Source of the DNA: Phoronis australis
Lineage: Eukaryota; Animalia; Phoronida
Length of the DNA stretch: 64,000 nucleotides
Assembly (NCBI GenBank): GCA_002633005.1
Contig: NMRA01000660.1
Span: 123,534-187,533, forward strand
Direction: 5' to 3'
Both the position numbers and the translations under genes were made by a program. Below the pieces are notes generated by a model that saw only the letters and a program-made list of their open reading frames with translations, was not told the origin of the DNA and searched no databases. Shown here piece after piece: positions 52,480-64,000 of this stretch. Numbering within the stretch: position 1 is the first letter of the stretch; each line of letters opens with the position of its first letter.

Positions 52480-55093
52480 GAATACTTTTACGAACGCTTG
52501 GAACAATTACAAACCCCCTCATTGGTAACATGGAAGATTCTTAGTCTCTTACCTCGAAGATTGCGTAAAATCAAAAGTTTTGCTATGTAATTTAGTTTCA
52601 AGTCAACTTTTCACAGAGAAGTAGCAGTCAAAGACGTTGCCATTATTAACGACTTTGTGTTTTCAGACAACTCTGCCATTACTTTACATTTTGAAATATC
52701 CGAAAATGCGAAGAGGAGTCCTGGTCTTTGGAAATTGAACACTAGTTTTTTAAACGATACTAATTATATAAACCAAATAGCTAAATGTGTCGAATTTTAT
52801 AGTACTCAGTACCGACATATTGAAGCCAAATTTGAGTGTGGGAATTAATTAAAATGGAAATTAAAAAAAGTTTACAAAAAGCCAAAATTGATTTGCAAAT
52901 TGTCCAGTCCCAAAAAAATCAAGGGCTCGATTCTGCGTAGTAAAGCACAATGGGCAGAACAAGGCGAGAATGGAAAATATTTTAAAAAACTTGAGTTACG
53001 CCGCAGCAAGCAAAAACATATTAACGCCCTTAAAGATAGTGCTAAAACTATAACTGATGCAGCAAGCACTCCGAATATGCAAGTGAACTATTACTTTACT
53101 CCGTTATTGAAGAATGCAATGGAGAGAGAATACATCCAATCGACCTTTTTAATTGACCAATAAATAAAAAGCTATCTACTGCATATTCTTACTATCCAGA
53201 AAAAAATCTAACAGAAGAAGAATTGTGTGAATCTTTGGTAGATACAATACCTAACAAGACGCCTGGTAATGATGGTATCAGCTAAAATTTTTATAAAAAC
53301 TTTTGAAAGGTAATTAAAGAAGATTTATTGGCGAGTGTCACTTACAGCTTTGGAAAGTGTCACATGTCCAATTCTCAAAAGCAAGGTGCAATCACGTTAA
53401 TCCCAAAAAAGTAAACAGCCCGAGGAATTACTATCTTTAGACAATTTGAGACCTATCTTTCTTTTGAACTGTGACTATAAATTAATAACTAAAACAATCC
53501 CAAACAAAATATAAAATTTAACAATTTAATTCATCCATATCAAACATGCTTGTCAAAACGTTATATAGGCCAGAATATACGTGTAATTGACGATATGATT
53601 GAATTTTATAAAGAAAAGCACACCCCCGGTCACATTGTAGTCCTCGATTTCAAGATAGCGTACGATACTGTAAAGTCGGAGTTTTTATTTCAGTCTTTAA
53701 AAGTTTTTAAGATTGGTGACGTTTTTATCAATAGAATCCGTACTTTGTATTCTAGAATTTCGTCATGTGTGTTGAACAGCGGATTTACATCACAGTATTA
53801 TAACATAGAGACAGGCCTCCGACAAGGAGATCTATTATTAAGTCCGCTGTTCGTCCTGTTTGCGGAAATTATGTCACGTCATATCATAAGCAATGAATTA
53901 TTATACAGTTCTTTTCAATAGAAAGGGGCAATAATTGTTTTAGATTTTTAGATTATTTTGGAACATTATCTGGACTTCAGTTGAATTATGAAAAATACCA
54001 AGGGATGTTTGCCTCAACAATGCAGCGAAATCGTAATCCACTTTACGGAATTGGCTGGCCCCAAAAGCTCATTAAATGTCTAGAAAAATGTTTTGGCTTA
54101 AAAGGGAAAGACACTGAAAAACGCTATTTTGATGAAAAATCCAAAAGCTTAAAGACCTTTTTAATATTTGGAAAACACGAAATTTCACCATAAATGGCAG
54201 GATTTTCCTTACGAAAACATTTGGCTTATCGAAACTCATTCATGTAGTGTCAACTGTGGGTATCACCCAAAAAGGAATTCGTGAAGTTAATACACTTATC
54301 AGAGAATTTATTTGGTTAAATAAACCACCAAAAATTAAAGAAAATGTAACTATTTCGCGATATCAAGTGTGTGGTTTGAAATATCCTACCATGAAACTGA
54401 TCAAGTTAAACTTATTTTTTAATTGGGTCAAGCGTTTTAATACAGAGGATGAGGCAAGTTGGAAGATATACCCGAGGCCTTTTTTTCAGTCGTATTGGCG
54501 GTGTCCTCATTTTTTCAGCCAATTTTCAACTGAGAAAACCCTAAAATGCGAAATTATTAACCTTTTTACAGAGATGTTCTCACAACCTTGGATATTCTTA
54601 ATCCTGAAGTATTTGATGAAGTACTAATAGCCAAACAAGTGATATGGAACAATTGTAACTTAACTGTTAACGGTAAATCATTATTTTACCAAGATCTGTG
54701 AAATACAGGCCTCATTTTTGTGAAGATTTTTTAGATAGCCAGAACAAACTGCTTAAATGGGAAAGCATTAAGTAAAATTATAACTTGAAGGATACGTCTA
54801 TCATTCCTTTTTCTGACACTATAACGACCTTGAAGAAAGTTCAGAGTGTGTCGGATAGAAGTATTGTTAGTTGTAATGACATTAGGTTTTTTCCAATTCA
54901 TGGATCAAAAACACATATATTCACAAGTTTTCTGTAAAACCAGATAATTATGTATTTTTACTCAACTACTACACAGACGCCGAAATTAAAGAAATACATA
55001 ATCTCCCTTTTAATCTACCCATCAACCTTCATTTAAAAATGTTTAAATACTTTTTCATCCACAAAAGAATTTATACAACCAAAATGTTAAAAA
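52480..55093 (+). mobile_element. Decayed L1/Tx1-clade LINE ORF2 (endonuclease end and reverse transcriptase)
   Basis: SDNSAI...PGLWKLNTSFLND, ILRSKAQWAEQGE, NKTPGNDG, LDFKIAYDTV, GLRQGD..SPLF, FIW..KPPKIK. Many frameshifts. Cut by the gap. Confidence 0.92.
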
Positions 55094-55800
55094 NNNNNNN
55101 NNNNNNNNNNNNNNNNNNNNNNNNNNNNNNNNNNNNNNNNNNNNNNNNNNNNNNNNNNNNNNNNNNNNNNNNNNNNNNNNNNNNNNNNNNNNNNNNNNNN
55201 NNNNNNNNNNNNNNNNNNNNNNNNNNNNNNNNNNNNNNNNNNNNNNNNNNNNNNNNNNNNNNNNNNNNNNNNNNNNNNNNNNNNNNNNNNNNNNNNNNNN
55301 NNNNNNNNNNNNNNNNNNNNNNNNNNNNNNNNNNNNNNNNNNNNNNNNNNNNNNNNNNNNNNNNNNNNNNNNNNNNNNNNNNNNNNNNNNNNNNNNNNNN
55401 NNNNNNNNNNNNNNNNNNNNNNNNNNNNNNNNNNNNNNNNNNNNNNNNNNNNNNNNNNNNNNNNNNNNNNNNNNNNNNNNNNNNNNNNNNNNNNNNNNNN
55501 NNNNNNNNNNNNNNNNNNNNNNNNNNNNNNNNNNNNNNNNNNNNNNNNNNNNNNNNNNNNNNNNNNNNNNNNNNNNNNNNNNNNNNNNNNNNNNNNNNNN
55601 NNNNNNNNNNNNNNNNNNNNNNNNNNNNNNNNNNNNNNNNNNNNNNNNNNNNNNNNNNNNNNNNNNNNNNNNNNNNNNNNNNNNNNNNNNNNNNNNNNNN
55701 NNNNNNNNNNNNNNNNNNNNNNNNNNNNNNNNNNNNNNNNNNNNNNNNNNNNNNNNNNNNNNNNNNNNNNNNNNNNNNNNNNNNNNNNNNNNNNNNNNNN
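55094..55800. other. Assembly gap (N run)
   Basis: Run of Ns. Confidence 1.
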
Positions 55801-55996
55801 ACCTCGGGCGATAATTCTCCAAAATCCACTCGGGCTCTAGATAACGGGGGATAACGACTTCGCCATGTAATAATCTATATGTATACTCTAGAAAGTTGTA
55901 AAGATATGTAGGAGGGAGTACCCAACCCCAGATGTATCTACCATTCACTAATGATATGCTTTCTGTGTAAATAAACGTATTGAACTTGAAAAAAAA
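55801..55996 (+). mobile_element. Probable retroelement 3' end (AATAAA followed by TTGAAC repeat and A tail)
   Basis: aaataaacgtattgaacttgaaaaaaaa. May or may not belong to the upstream L1. Confidence 0.35.
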
Positions 55997-56411
55997 TCAC
56001 AAATTCCACGTTTCTCAACTGAATTGCATAAGCGTCATTCATGTATCATTTAAAAGCCCTTTCTTGTCAGTTCCTGGTGGTGTATAGATTTTCTAGAAGC
56101 AAAAGACAAATAATTAAATCCATAAACAATTATCATTTCGCATACCTGACAGGTTAAAGATTATTTTTTATTTATAAAAAACAAGGTCATTAGCAAAATG
56201 TAATAAATTCAGAGTGTAATAGTTACTAAAAACTGAAATGAACCAGAGAGGTTATATACACGACTAGTTAATGTAAACCAGTAGGGTAATAATTTATATA
56301 GCTGAAACAACTTCTACACTGTAATGACAAAAAATTTAGATCTCACACAGTCGCCGTGAAGACTTTAGTCAGGCATTTATCCACAATTTTAATGATAACA
56401 TCTTTATTTAA

Positions 56412-57696
56412 GAGTTCCCACCATGACCCTGTGTCTCAAAAGGAGTTTTATTATTACATCCTAACAGATTCAATATCCTTTAGTACACCTGTTGCTACGA
56501 AATAAGCCAAAACTTTATAAAATTAATTTTTCTATTATCGGGTTTGTACGCAGTGGGTGGTAGACCGCCTATGCCGATTTTTTTTCAGTGCGATAATGAG
56601 GAGTTGTGAAGAAAGTCCGAGGAGAGCCGCCTTTTTCAGACATGAAAATGTGCGTTTGTGGAAACTGTAACAACAACTTGACCGAAAACGTCTCTGTGTT
56701 CAAATTTCCTAAATACGTGAAAGTTGCACAGAAATGGCATCGGTTTGACATGGGCGGCGCACAGTAGGGCCCCCCACTTTTTCAGTGCTAAGCCGCCCAT
56801 GGTCTAAAGGCGGTGCACCACAGGGGAGCTGGGGGGGTGCTTTAGCCCCGGCCACTTTTTTTCAGTGCTGCGCCACCAATGATTATGCGCCGAGCGAGAG
56901 TGTGGAGTGTCAGTGAGAAACATGTGATTCAGTCCGGCGGAAGCCGACACTTTGATCGGCACATTTCAAAGAATTGTGTTTCGACCACACACATGAACTG
57001 CTTTACAATGAAGCATCCACCACCAAGTAAATGCATTTGCAAATTTTGTTAACAACGAACAAACTGCGTCCATTCTAGGGCGAGTGATGCCAGTCGCTAG
57101 ACCCCGGCCCAGATAGAGTGCTACTACAACTGGCTTAGGCACATTGTGTTTAGACTGTGCTCATTCCATCATGGCAATAGTGAATACCAGTAACCCAGGT
57201 TTACTTTGGCCTTTGACAGTAATTATCAAGTGTCTATTTTGTGAGTATTGACCACCACTTGGTAGAGTTGGGTGTGGCCCACATATGTCTGCATCATTTC
57301 TTTCTCGTGCAAGTGAATCGAGTTCATACTTCCTGAAAGCCGACCAAAGTTCGCTAAATGGGAAATCGAATTCATTGTCTGATTCTTTAAGTACTTGAGT
57401 GTGATGCCCGTATCCACTCTCCTCTCTTTCTGCATAATACTTGTCCAATTCCCGCCCAATATCGTCCTTGTCTTCTGACCTGCAGTGTTCCCACATTGCA
57501 AATGTTTTTCAAGCGGACAACCATCTTCCACCCATTGCATCATTTGGCGGGAAACTTAGAAATAAGTAATTTTGTTCAAAATTAAAACAATTGCGACTAT
57601 TTGGCATAAAAAGTGCCAATTTAGTAAGATATGTGGTATTCGATTCATATTATTAACTGAATCCTGAAAAAGTAAGAAAATTTATGGTGGGAACTC
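56412..57696. mobile_element. Kolobok-like non-autonomous element with a coding-like interior and nested short MITEs
   Basis: ttaa|GAGTTCCCACCAT ... ATGGTGGGAACTC|attaa: 13 bp perfect TIR. Confidence 0.7.
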
Positions 57697-59993
57697 ATTA
57701 AACTATAGTCCCAAAGTATAACGAGCACAAGAGAATTAATTGTAAATAATTATATATTAAGTGGATCTTTGGTGGATTTTTATACAATAACATCCTTCAG
57801 TAAAAATTCAGTATGCAGTGACAATTACAAATATTTGACTTACGAATTACTCGAACAACCTAAACTATCCAAAATTTGAAGATAAAGGCTTTCTGATAGA
57901 TTATAAATGTGCAAACATCTTGAGTAGCTTTGAAAAGCACAGTGGATAGTTCATCACACTGGGTGCAGTGTCGGAATTCCCATGGACAATTTATGAATTT
58001 GGTACATGTACTCTGTACTTGCAGTGTATTTTACCGTAAACAACAGACATCGACGCACATTTTTATTATTGTTATATCATTAAATAAAGTGGAATCTGGA
58101 AAATAAGGCTATTCATAAAAATGGTTAATGTTACTTTGAACACCTGTTGCATGATTGTCACGGTCTACATTCGAGAATGAAAACACGGAAAGACGCAGTG
58201 AAATTCATGAATTCCAGAAAAGGAGGGAGTATGGGTCTAACCTAAAACGCAAAGCTAAATACTGTGCGTCCTAACAGTTTTTTGGCGAACTGGAGACGTA
58301 TCACTCAAAAGCGTCCGACGGCGTTTTCTTGTTTTTTAGTCGAATGAGAAATTGCAGGTGCCGCGAAAACATGGAAAGTCCCGTTTATTTCTTTTCAGTA
58401 GATCTGGAAAATAGGGCTATGTTGCGTGGGAATTTACAGTTAACTATGTCAATTTTGCCGTGAGTCAAAAGGGAGGGCATTGTGATGATGTGGCGGAAAG
58501 GCGGGAAAAGAGGGACAGTCCAGCAAGAGCCGGCCAGTTGGCAAGTACACTGAACGGTGTCACCACCACAAAGTATTGGATTAGATTTGAACTTTTCATT
58601 TTTTAAAATTTTAGTTCACGGATGTACAGTTACTTCTTAGAAATCGAATTAACAAAAAGAACACAATTCAGGCTGTGCAAAATGGAAACATCGTTCAATT
58701 AATGTATTATTATAGAAACAATTGAGATCACTTACAATTTATACACGCATATACACGTGCACACAATCAACTAGTCACGCAATTATGAGTACTTTAAATT
58801 GGTGACTCACGTTAACACACGCGTTATTGGGGTGTAAACTTGTCATCAATAATTGTAGAACAAATCATCGAAATCATAACGTCATTGCTTCCTGTTGAAT
58901 ACTGTAACATGATTTTAACATCCCAAAATATCTTGTTAAAAACTCCTAGCATTGAGTTTGATAGGCTGTCGAAAGTGGTCCTAAGACTGGAGCTGAAAAA
59001 TTATAATGCCTAGACTATTCCAGGCGTACGGCCAGGGCGACAGATCGGTTTGTACAATATAAAAAATGTCCACTGTAATTGTCAGGTTTGTTGACTAATT
59101 TTTGCGATCGCTGTAAGTATGGAAATGTACCTCAAGTGTCTAGCCTGATGAACAAAAACGACCAATTGGAAACAAAGCAACGAATTTTGGTTTGATTTGA
59201 TAGTTACACCACTCGGGCCCGGTCTCTAATCTTTGTACTCGATACGAACACGAAGCTATTTTGACAATTTCTCTGCTCTTTTTGTGCAAACTTAAGATAA
59301 TTGGTTATCAGACTGTGCTCGAATACATTATAGTTTATGCATAGGAGTTTCTATAGTTCAAGTTTGCCCTTGAAGATACTTATATTCGTGCTACAAACTC
59401 GAGTAAAAACTCGAAATTTCGAGTTCAAACTAGAACTTATTGTTTTAATATTGGGTTTACAAACTGTGAACTAAGGGCAATAAATAATTTACGTAAGTTA
59501 TTGTGTACTCGAGCATAGAATAATAGACACTTATCTTGATTTCGATCAAAAGTAGAGTAGAAAATGCCAAACCTAATTTCGAGTTTCTTTTCGATTAAAA
59601 AGATTGGAGACCGGGCCTCGATCATAACTTAGTCCATCACACAACCGGAAATCCACAGAGTAAACAATCTTGGCTAAGCTCGGGGTAGCAAGCTCAAACA
59701 ATAGTATACAAAGGAAACGTGCAGGGATTGGCATTCTGGGGCTAGATTTCTATAGTGTTAAAGAAATTAACTTTCATTGAACAAGCTTGGAAACAGCGCT
59801 GATTATAGGTGAATATGATGAAACAATTTCAAAAGTGTACTTTGTACCAAACTGTTACATTTTTCATCTGCTATTAGAGTTATCGTAACTCATGTTCGTA
59901 TCTCTAACTACACTACGCTTTTTGTACTGGCATACAGTACGATAATACATCAATTTTAAACAAATGATATAAATAAAATGTCTATATTTCCAG

Positions 59994-60227
59994 GAGATTG
60001 TAAAGAAAATGCATTGGGATTGACCTACAGAGGTCGCCGTAACAAAACACAGAATGATTTGACCTGCCAACGATGGGATTCCCAGAGCCCACACACACAC
60101 GAGGCAGAGGAATATGGCTTTAAGGAAAACTATTGTAGAAATGAAGGAGGAGAAAACGGGCCTTGGTGTTACACGATAGATAGTACTAAACGGTGGCAAC
60201 TGTGCAGCGTCCCGCTATGCAATCAAG
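59994..60227 (+). CDS. Gene B exon 7, complete kringle domain
   Basis: C...G.TYRG...T....TCQRWDSQSPH.H...ENYCRN....GPWCYT....RWQLCSVPLC with all six Cys. ttccag acceptor and gtaagt donor, 234 nt, phase 1-1. Confidence 0.96.
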
Positions 60228-60562
60228 GTAAGTATTGATAACTCTAAATTATGTACAATTGTATCAAAATGAATTTACGGGGCCTGACAAGAACGTCGGA
60301 ATTATCCTGCTCTACGTTACTGGACATGACATGATTTCCGCCTAAAATTATTTTTTTGACAGGAAGTTAAAATATGAACCACGTTAAACGAGTTTGAACT
60401 GGTTGGTTCTATCACGTAATCTTTTCGCCATTAGTTTTATTGTTTCAGTTTTCTAGAACATGAATGAAAACACGGCAGTTGTAAGTGTAACAGGATTGTC
60501 CTGGTGAGTCTATACTGACATTCCTTGTATTTGTTTGGACGGTTTTTGTATCGGTCTGGCAG

Positions 60563-60808
60563 ATCAGCTAACACAGCGGACCAGTGTTGGAGCTAGCGAT
60601 GTCCAGTTCAACTTCAAAGGTTCACCGAGTGGGGTAAAATGGCAGAAGGATGGTGGGTCGTTTTTTTCTGCTAGCTCAAACCTTTGGAATGGCCAACAGA
60701 AACCGACGATTGACAGTGTTGAGTTGGGTCACGGAGGAGTGTACACCGTTTATACTGAGCAAGGCAACACACAGGAGATCAAAGGCATTTTCAGACTAAT
60801 TGTGCGAG
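60563..60808 (+). CDS. Gene B exon 8, Ig-like domain (Tie Ig2-like): (D)QLTQRTSVGASDVQFNF...VKWQKDG...HGGVYTVY...GIFRLIVR
   Basis: cag acceptor and gtgaga donor, 246 nt, phase 1-1. WxKDG and GxYx Ig motifs. The RLIVR ending is typical before EGF repeats in Tie-like receptors. Confidence 0.88.
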
Positions 60809-61399
60809 GTGAGAACGAGGTTTGTAAATCTTCAAAACTAGTGTGGGTACTTTTGAATAACTTCTATTTTTTCTGTTACTCTAAGAAAGACAGTTTGAAA
60901 GAAGAAGGGAAAATTTTAAGACTGTAACTTGTGCCCGGGTACCTTATATAATGGGCTATTCAGAGATGAAACCCATTTAGGTTTGTAATTTTCGTTACAT
61001 ACATTTGTGTTATCAACGACCTCCATTTCGTACAAACACAACTCTCCAAACTTATCACTAAAAAGGCAACGAACAGCAGGGGACTATGCGATGTTATCGC
61101 CAAAGGATGTCAGATAATTCTGCCCCTGATTGCATCTCGTAGTTGGTTCTTTAGTAAAAGATACATGTGTACCTGGCCATGACATTATGGGTGCTACAAC
61201 AGTTGGTTCTTTGAAATTTGTGAGGCTATGGTTTTAAAACGACGACATCAAAATACTGATTATTCACGTTTTATAGGTAGAACTGAACTAATTAACCGAC
61301 CTTTTTGGGCTTAAACATTTTAACGTGTGGACTAGTTATAGTGAGTTCCGAGATAAGTAAAACGAAGTTGAAAAAGAAATTGTTTTAGAATGAAATCAT

Positions 61400-61660
61400 T
61401 AAAGCATAAGGTCACCCCATTTAATTAGTGTTAATCGGTCTATAACCACATCACATTGTATACTGTTAATCTCATCTCGGCCCAAGATATCGTGTTCAGC
61501 TGTAAGTAAGCTGAGTACATGACGCAGCGACGTCAGTGGTTCTTCAGCTGAGTATGTGCCGCTACGGTATGGCGTATCGTTCCCGCTTGTGCAAACGATG
61601 AGGCCGCCAGGTAAGCGGGTATATCGTTTTTTTCGACTTCCTCGAGAACTTGAAATTCAT
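61400..61660 (+). mobile_element. Second partial copy of the THAP-element 5' end
   Basis: Shares TTAATCGGTCTATA, CAGTGGTTC, GCCGCTACG, ATCGTTCCCGCTTGT and ACTTCCTCGAG with 42350-42610. Confidence 0.7.
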
Positions 61661-62109
61661 CAGCCATAGCCTATCCGTTAAAAATAGGATCGACGGACAA
61701 CAACAACGAAACTGTTTCAACTAGTGGTACTACAAACTGCAATGATAACCAAGTTAGTAATAACATTGAATTTGCTTGTGAGTCAAAGTGCTTCACGTAC
61801 CAGACCGAACGCGGCCAGCATCGCACGAGTGGTGTTTGCGTAGATGACAGGATCGTGCAGACGAGGCTTTATGTTATTTATTGACAGAATGCGCGTCTTG
61901 GTGGCTACGCCATAAGGTAACAACGGAGTCTAGAAGTAAATGTCTATACCCAGCTAAACTATATACAGTAGCAGCGAGAAAGCTCCAAAAATTCTACTGC
62001 GGTGTGAGTGCCTTGCAATGGACTAAAACTTTGGTCAGTGTTCTCTTGTCAATTATTGTCAATGGCGCACGAGCAACAAACTTCGATTGATGGAAGAACC
62101 TTCCGAGGA

Positions 62110-62245
62110 TACATGTCACTATTCCAAAGGTTAACTACTTCGAAGGTCAACTACTCCGAAGGTCCACTACTCCGAAGGTTCGTTACCTTCAAAAGTTCAC
62201 TACTTCGAATGTCCACAATTTTGAAACCACAACTCCGAGAGTTCA
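62110..62245. repeat. 15 bp degenerate tandem repeat (GGTCCACTACTCCGAA), MITE-subterminal type
   Basis: Several consecutive degenerate units. Confidence 0.75.
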
Positions 62246-63230
62246 TAACTCTGATTGTCTGCTGATGACTAGAAACTGACATGAATGTAGTATTGTATTT
62301 TGTGTTCATTTTGTATCCAAGCATAGCTCACTTGCGAGTTTCTCTTTAGTCAATGTGACGTCACCGGAAGGTTTGCAAAACCCGCCATATTGCTCTTGTT
62401 TTGCCCCTAGTCTGCTACAAACGCTAAATCTTACTGGAGTTTTTATGGTGAATTTACGCTTAAAATATCTTAAGAGATGGTAGATGGATCGTGGAATAAC
62501 TGTGAATGGACGAAGAAAATGTGAACTTGTTATGTGAACGGACTAAAATTGGAACTCAACTCGGTCCAGGCCTGGATGCTGCAGGCATACAGCTTTACAG
62601 GGGCGACAGTATATCCTCATAAAAAGTTTCTAACTTCAAAATACAGCAAATAAAATCAAATGAAGCATGCATATGTGCACATGGAGTTATATTTAACAAA
62701 TACCCTGACTTTGTATACAATTCAATCTACAAAAAAATTGAAAATATCCATGAAAACCTCGCGGTTCGCTCGAGTTACTCTCAACGGGCGCCATTTTAAG
62801 GCAGTTACGAACAAATAGTCCAAGGGATACAAATCTGAAAAATTTCACTTGATATTTTCTCATGCTATTTCTCAAGTGTCACGCGCCAGGTCTCGCGTCT
62901 CCCGCAGTCTTGCGCTAGCCATACTCACCTGACTCAGTTGAAATACTTTGGGCTTATCGCTCGCGGTCAAAGTTAACAGTAAGCACCCGGTGGGTTGGAA
63001 TTCTTCGCCAAACTCACCTGAATTCCCGAAGCTATGCTTCATCGAAGATATGATTAGAAGCAGAAAAGGAACACTGAAGAAAGTAAGCGCCTTTTTAGAT
63101 GTTAGTTTTAGGTGTAGAATGTATTTTTGACGATGTGAAAACTTAATGATTGAGCGCCCGTTTAAACTACATGTACAAGTTACGAATTAGTACAAAACGC
63201 GATAGAACGTACAGCACACATCACGAATTT

Positions 63231-63420
63231 TTGGCCGACCGGTCGGAAATTGGTCGACGACCGGCCGTCGACCGGTCGTCTAGCCGACCAGCAGCCGACC
63301 AACAACGGTCGGCTAGGAGCCGTCTACTGAGTCGCCTCTGTGGTCGGCACTTGGGTCGGCTAAGTGGTCGCCTAGCGTAGACGACCAATTCGGATTAAGC
63401 CGTGTCCTTGGTCGGCAATT
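63231..63420. repeat. GC-rich palindromic CCGACC/GGTCGG cluster (probable MITE or foldback)
   Basis: Multiple inverted ccgacc/ggtcgg motifs. Confidence 0.6.
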
Positions 63421-64000
63421 ACCATTTTATGACTTAACGTGTGAACTTTGGCCAAACAAACATTTTACTGTTCGCTGTTCGTTCACCACTGGCAACTCAG
63501 GTCTTGACATCGGTTTATACACTTTTGTTCAACTATTGAAAGGACATAAAATCGAATCAACCTACAAATACGAAGTGCGTGACATTACACCAGCCTAAAA
63601 CTTTATGTTGAATTAATGACGGCGTTGTAAAATCAAACGTTAAGTGATATCGCGGAAGCATAATTTCTAAATTTAGATATGAGACTTTTTATACAGTACA
63701 TTTTGCACAAAAACAAGCACGAAATTTGAAATTTACAGTAAAATTGCATAACAATCAGAATACAACACTCAATACACGACCTCAAGTGTTTTCATGCAGC
63801 GGAATGCTCAACAAGCATCACGCATTTGCGCTCATCCGTTATTGCTCTTGATGATCACTTCATCACGCTGTATATTGCGATTTACCACAGATAATTATTG
63901 CTTATTTCTGTATAATTTCTTAATATGTTGGTACAGCAATAGAACCCAATTTTATTTTAGAAACAACATAAACAATGGTTTGAACATAGCGCCGATATTA

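Noticed and set aside
60809-64000. Expected EGF-repeat exon following RLIVR
   Set aside because: I found no Cys-patterned exon with suitable splice sites. It presumably lies beyond the window.

Overview
AT-rich, intron-rich eukaryotic DNA from a draft assembly (N gaps at 12613-13243 and 55094-55800). The repeat and gene content suggests a marine invertebrate, probably a hemichordate or echinoderm (inference). Most ORF-track entries are spurious; I rebuilt the real genes from splice sites and reading-frame phase. (1) Gene B (+ strand, ATG 28478, at least 8 coding exons to 60808, open-ended) encodes a signal peptide, an LCCL domain, a Tie-like beta domain, a kringle and a Cys-less Ig-like domain. 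(2) Gene A (- strand, ATG 8979, exon 2 at 87-162, runs off the left edge) is a clear paralog. The two genes sit head-to-head and share a TATA region, exons 1-2 and many intron-1 blocks in inverted orientation. (3) Between them, on the - strand, is an intact chain of exons for a receptor-PTP D2 domain (20630 down to 14446). It starts abruptly in the D1-D2 linker, and its last three exons appear again across an assembly gap. My best model is a tandem family of LCCL/kringle/Ig receptor tyrosine phosphatases with an inversion (or misjoin) breakpoint near 20631. Introns and intergenic DNA carry many decayed transposons: an AT-TSD TIR element with SAP/YqaJ remnants, several TTAA-flanked Kolobok-like elements, an L1/Tx1 LINE, an RNase H-bearing LINE fragment and MITEs.
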